Positions 60,783 to 64,000 of a stretch of DNA of 64,000 bases are shown here, piece by piece (position 1 is the first letter of the stretch; every line of letters begins with the position of its first letter). The translations under genes were made by a program, and so were the position numbers. The notes under the pieces are model-generated. The model did no database searches, was not told the origin of the DNA, and was given only the letters and a program-made list of their open reading frames with translations. The DNA is from an uncultured Solirubrobacterales bacterium (GTDB lineage: Bacteria > Actinomycetota > Thermoleophilia > Solirubrobacterales > Solirubrobacteraceae). The stretch is from positions 39,707 to 103,706 of the forward strand of contig CAWEZW010000006.1 in NCBI GenBank assembly GCA_963813745.1, in the 5' to 3' direction.

Positions 60783-63700
60783 GTGCCGATTGCAGTCGAG
60801 CGAGCTGAGCGATGTCGAGCTGTCCGAGGTTGAGGCGGCCGTCGGAACCCGGACGTTTCAGCGGGGGCGCGGCTACGCGCGCGGCAACCGGGTGCTCGCG
60901 ATCGAGTGGGACCCGGATACCGAGACGTTGACCGGCGCGGTCGTCGGCCAGGGGGCGGTCTACGCACGGCCGCGTTCTTCGCCGCCGATGGTGACGGCGC
61001 GCTGGGGTTCGACGATGGCGAGTGCACCTGCCCGGTCGGGTACAACTGCAAGCACGTCGCGGCGATCGTGATCGCCGCGAGCCGATGGACGTGGCGCGAT
61101 CGCTGCGAGGCGGGCGGCGCCCGCCTCGCGTTGCGACGGCGGCGAAGCCACGGACGTCCGCCGTCGCGACGGCGGCGGCAGCCGCGGTCGTGGGAGGAGC
61201 CGCTGCGCGCGCTGATCGACGCGCCGGCGGCGCACGTGCCACGGGCAACCCGCTGGCGATCGAGCTGGCGCTGCACGCGAGCGGCCTCGCGGGCGGAGGC
61301 CCGCTGCGGCTGATGGCGCGGTTGATGCGAGCCGGGCGCGCGCGGCGGCTGGGTCAACGGCTCCCTTGCGTGGAGCGGGCTGGAGCTCGTGGCACGTCAA
61401 GGAGCGGCGAGTACCGCCCCGATCACCTGGCGCTGGCCCGCGAGCTGTACGCCGTGCACCGCGCGCGCGAAGGACGGGCGGCCTACTACTACGGCTACGG
61501 CGCCGACAAGACGCTCGATCTCAGCGACTGCGACAGCGCGCAGCTGTGGTCGCTGTTGGACGAGGCGGCCCGCCTCGGAGTCGAAGCTCGTCCACGCGCT
61601 TCCCGGACTCGGCGAGGTGCGCGCGCCATCAGCGGGGCGAGCTGCTGATCGACGTCACGCGACAGGGCGATCAGGGGTCGCTCGTGCGCGCGGTCCTCCA
61701 GGTCGACGGCGAGGACAGCGAGACGGCCTGGAGCCGCTGCTGTTCCTCGGTTCCAGCGGACACGGCGTCGTGTGCGCCGAGCGCGGCGACGACGGCTCCA
61801 GCCACGAACCCGAGAGCCGGCGGCTGCGGCTCGTGCGCCTCGTCAGGCCGGCGCCGGCGCCGCTGCAGCGGATGGTGCTCGACGGCGAGCGGCTGAGGAT
61901 CCCGGCGGGCGAGCTCGAGCGCTTCGCCGAGGAGCTCTGCCCCGCGCTGCGCAACGTCGCCACGGTGGTCTCGTCGGACGGCTCCTTCACGCCGCCGGAG
62001 ATCTCGGCGCCGACGCTCGTGCTGCGCGCAAGCTACGGCGCCGACCATGCCGTCGACGTCGGATGGGAGTGGGCCTACCAGGTCGGCGCCGCCACGCGGC
62101 ACGCAGCGCTCGCCAGCAACGGGGCCGGCCCCGGGTTCCGCGACCTCGAGGCCGAGCGCGCGATCCTCGCGGCCGCCGATGCTCACCGGGACGGACCTCG
62201 AGCGCCTCGGCCTGCTCGACGGCGCCGGGCGGCCCGCCGATGGGCACGCGGTGTCGCTGACGGGCATCGACAGCATGCGCCTCACGACGGAGGTGCTGCC
62301 GCGGCTGGCGGAGCGGTCAGACGTGGCCGTGGAGGTCGTCGGAGAGCCCGCGGACTACCGCGACGTCGGCGACTCGCTCGACGATCGGCGTCTCCACCGC
62401 CGAGATCGCGGGAGAGCGCGACTGGTTCGACCTGGGCGTGACGATCAGCGTCGATGGCCGCGAGCTGCCGTTCGCCGAGGTGTTCGTCGGCGCTCGCGAG
62501 CGGCGAGTCGCACATGCTGCTCGACGACGGCGCTCACTTCTCGCTGCTGGAGTCCGGCCTGCAGTCGCTGCGGCGGCTGATCGAGGAGGCCAGGGCGCTG
62601 TCGGACTCGCCGTCGGCGCCGCTGCGGATCAGCCGCTACCAGGCCGGGCTCTGGGCCGAGCTCGCCGCGCTCGGCGTCGTAACCGAGCAGGCGCAGGCGT
62701 GGCAGCGCCAGGTCGGCGCGCTGCTCGAGCTCGACGCGATCGCCGAGCACGATCCGCCGGCAGCGCTGGCTGGCGCGGCTGCGCCCCTACCAGCGCGATG
62801 GGTTCGGCTGGCTGGCGTCGCTGTGGGAGCTCGAGCTCGGCGGGATCCTCGCCGACGACATGGGGCTCGGCAAGACGCTGCAGGCGCTCGCGCTGATCTG
62901 CCACGCCCGCGAGCGCGACCCGGGCGTCGGCCCGTTCCTGGTGGTCGCTCCGACGAGCGTCGTGTCCAACTGGGTCGGAGAGGCGGCGCGCTTCGCGCCC
63001 GGGCTCAGGGTCGACGCGGTCACCGACACGCTGGCGCGGTCCGGACGCACGATCGAGGAGGTCGCCGCCGCCGACGTCGTGGTCACGACGTACACGCTGT
63101 TCCGGCTCGACGCCGACGCCTACCGCACGGTGGCCTGGGCGGGGCTGATCCTCGACGAGGCGCAGTACGTCAAGAACCACCAGGCGAAGACCTACCGCTG
63201 CGTCCGCGAGCTGGCCGCGCCGTTCAAGCTGGCGATCACCGGCACGCCGATGGAGAACAACCTGATGGAGCTGTGGTCGCTGCTGTCGATCACCGCGCCC
63301 GGGCTGTTCCCCGACCCGAAGCGGTTCGCCGAGCAGTACGCGCGACCGATCGAGCGCGAGCGGCGATGCCGAGCAGCTCGCGCGCCTGCGGCGCCGGATC
63401 AAGCCGCTGCGTCAAGCGCCGCACGAAGGAGCTGGTGGCCGCGGATCTCCCCGCAAAGCAGGAGCAGACCCTCGAGGTCGACCTGCATCCGCGCCACCGC
63501 AAGCTCTACGACACGCATCTGCAGCGCGAGCGTCAGAAGGTCCTCGGGCTGATCGACGACTTCGACCGCAACCGCTTCACGATCCTGCGCTCGATCACGC
63601 TGCTGCGCCAGCTCAGCCTGCATCCGGGCCTCGTCGACGACGACCACGACACCGTGCCGTGCGCCAAGCTCGGCGCGCTCGTCGAGCAGCTGGGCGACGT

Positions 63701-64000
63701 CGTCGGCGGCGGCCACCGGGCGCTCGTCTTCAGCCAGTTCACGGGATTCCTGGCCAAGGTCCGCGAGCGCCTCGACAGCGAGGGCATCGGCTACTGCTAC
63801 CTCGACGGCCGCACGCGCCGGCGCGATCGCGTGCTCGAGCGCTTCAAGGACGGCGCGGACCCGGTGTTCCTGATCAGCCTCAAGGCGGGCGGGTTCGGCC
63901 TGAACCTCACCGAGGCCGACTACTGCTTCCTGCTCGACCCGTGGTGGAACCCCGCCACCGAGGCCCAGGCGATCGACCGCACCCACCGCATCGGCCAGAC
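60783..64000 (+). CDS. SWIM zinc finger + SNF2-family helicase (many frameshifts; runs off the window)
   Basis: CTCPVGYNCKH (SWIM), DDMGLGKT, DEAQ, TGTPMEN, FSQF, SLKAGGFGLNL, DPWWNP...DRTHRIGQ. Confidence 0.93.

Noticed and set aside
1-64000. tRNA, rRNA, integrase, transposase or prophage genes
   Set aside because: None recognised by eye in intergenic regions or ORFs; tRNAscan and Infernal were not run.

Overview
High-GC actinobacterial chromosome segment, most likely Thermoleophilia/Solirubrobacterales (inferred from gene content, fused SecDF and many leaderless genes). The backbone is the conserved pdxS-pdxT...yebC...ruvC-ruvA-ruvB...secDF-recJ-rel region, surrounded by lipid metabolism genes (acyl-CoA dehydrogenases, WS/DGAT, cfa-DUF1365 cluster, acyl-CoA ligases), nadE, ppx, vapBC, an adenylate cyclase, xseAB and a SWIM-SNF2 helicase. 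Many genes carry single-base frameshifts in clusters, best explained as long-read consensus errors. Two riboswitches are clear: c-di-AMP before an RlpA-like gene, and a P4-less SAM-I before a thrC-like/MoaD pair. Most notable: (1) an exonuclease VII small subunit ending in an SSB-like acidic tip (...SSGDDDIPF), paired with a long divergent XseA next to a SWIM-SNF2 helicase; (2) a shared NGTCC[G/C]-N10-YAnnnT promoter motif before the DNA-repair genes, resembling a PafBC-type regulon variant; (3) CRP box, LexA box and c-di-AMP riboswitch stacked on one cell-wall hydrolase promoter. No tRNA, rRNA, CRISPR array or transposase was recognised. All family calls come from visual motif recognition; no database searches were run.
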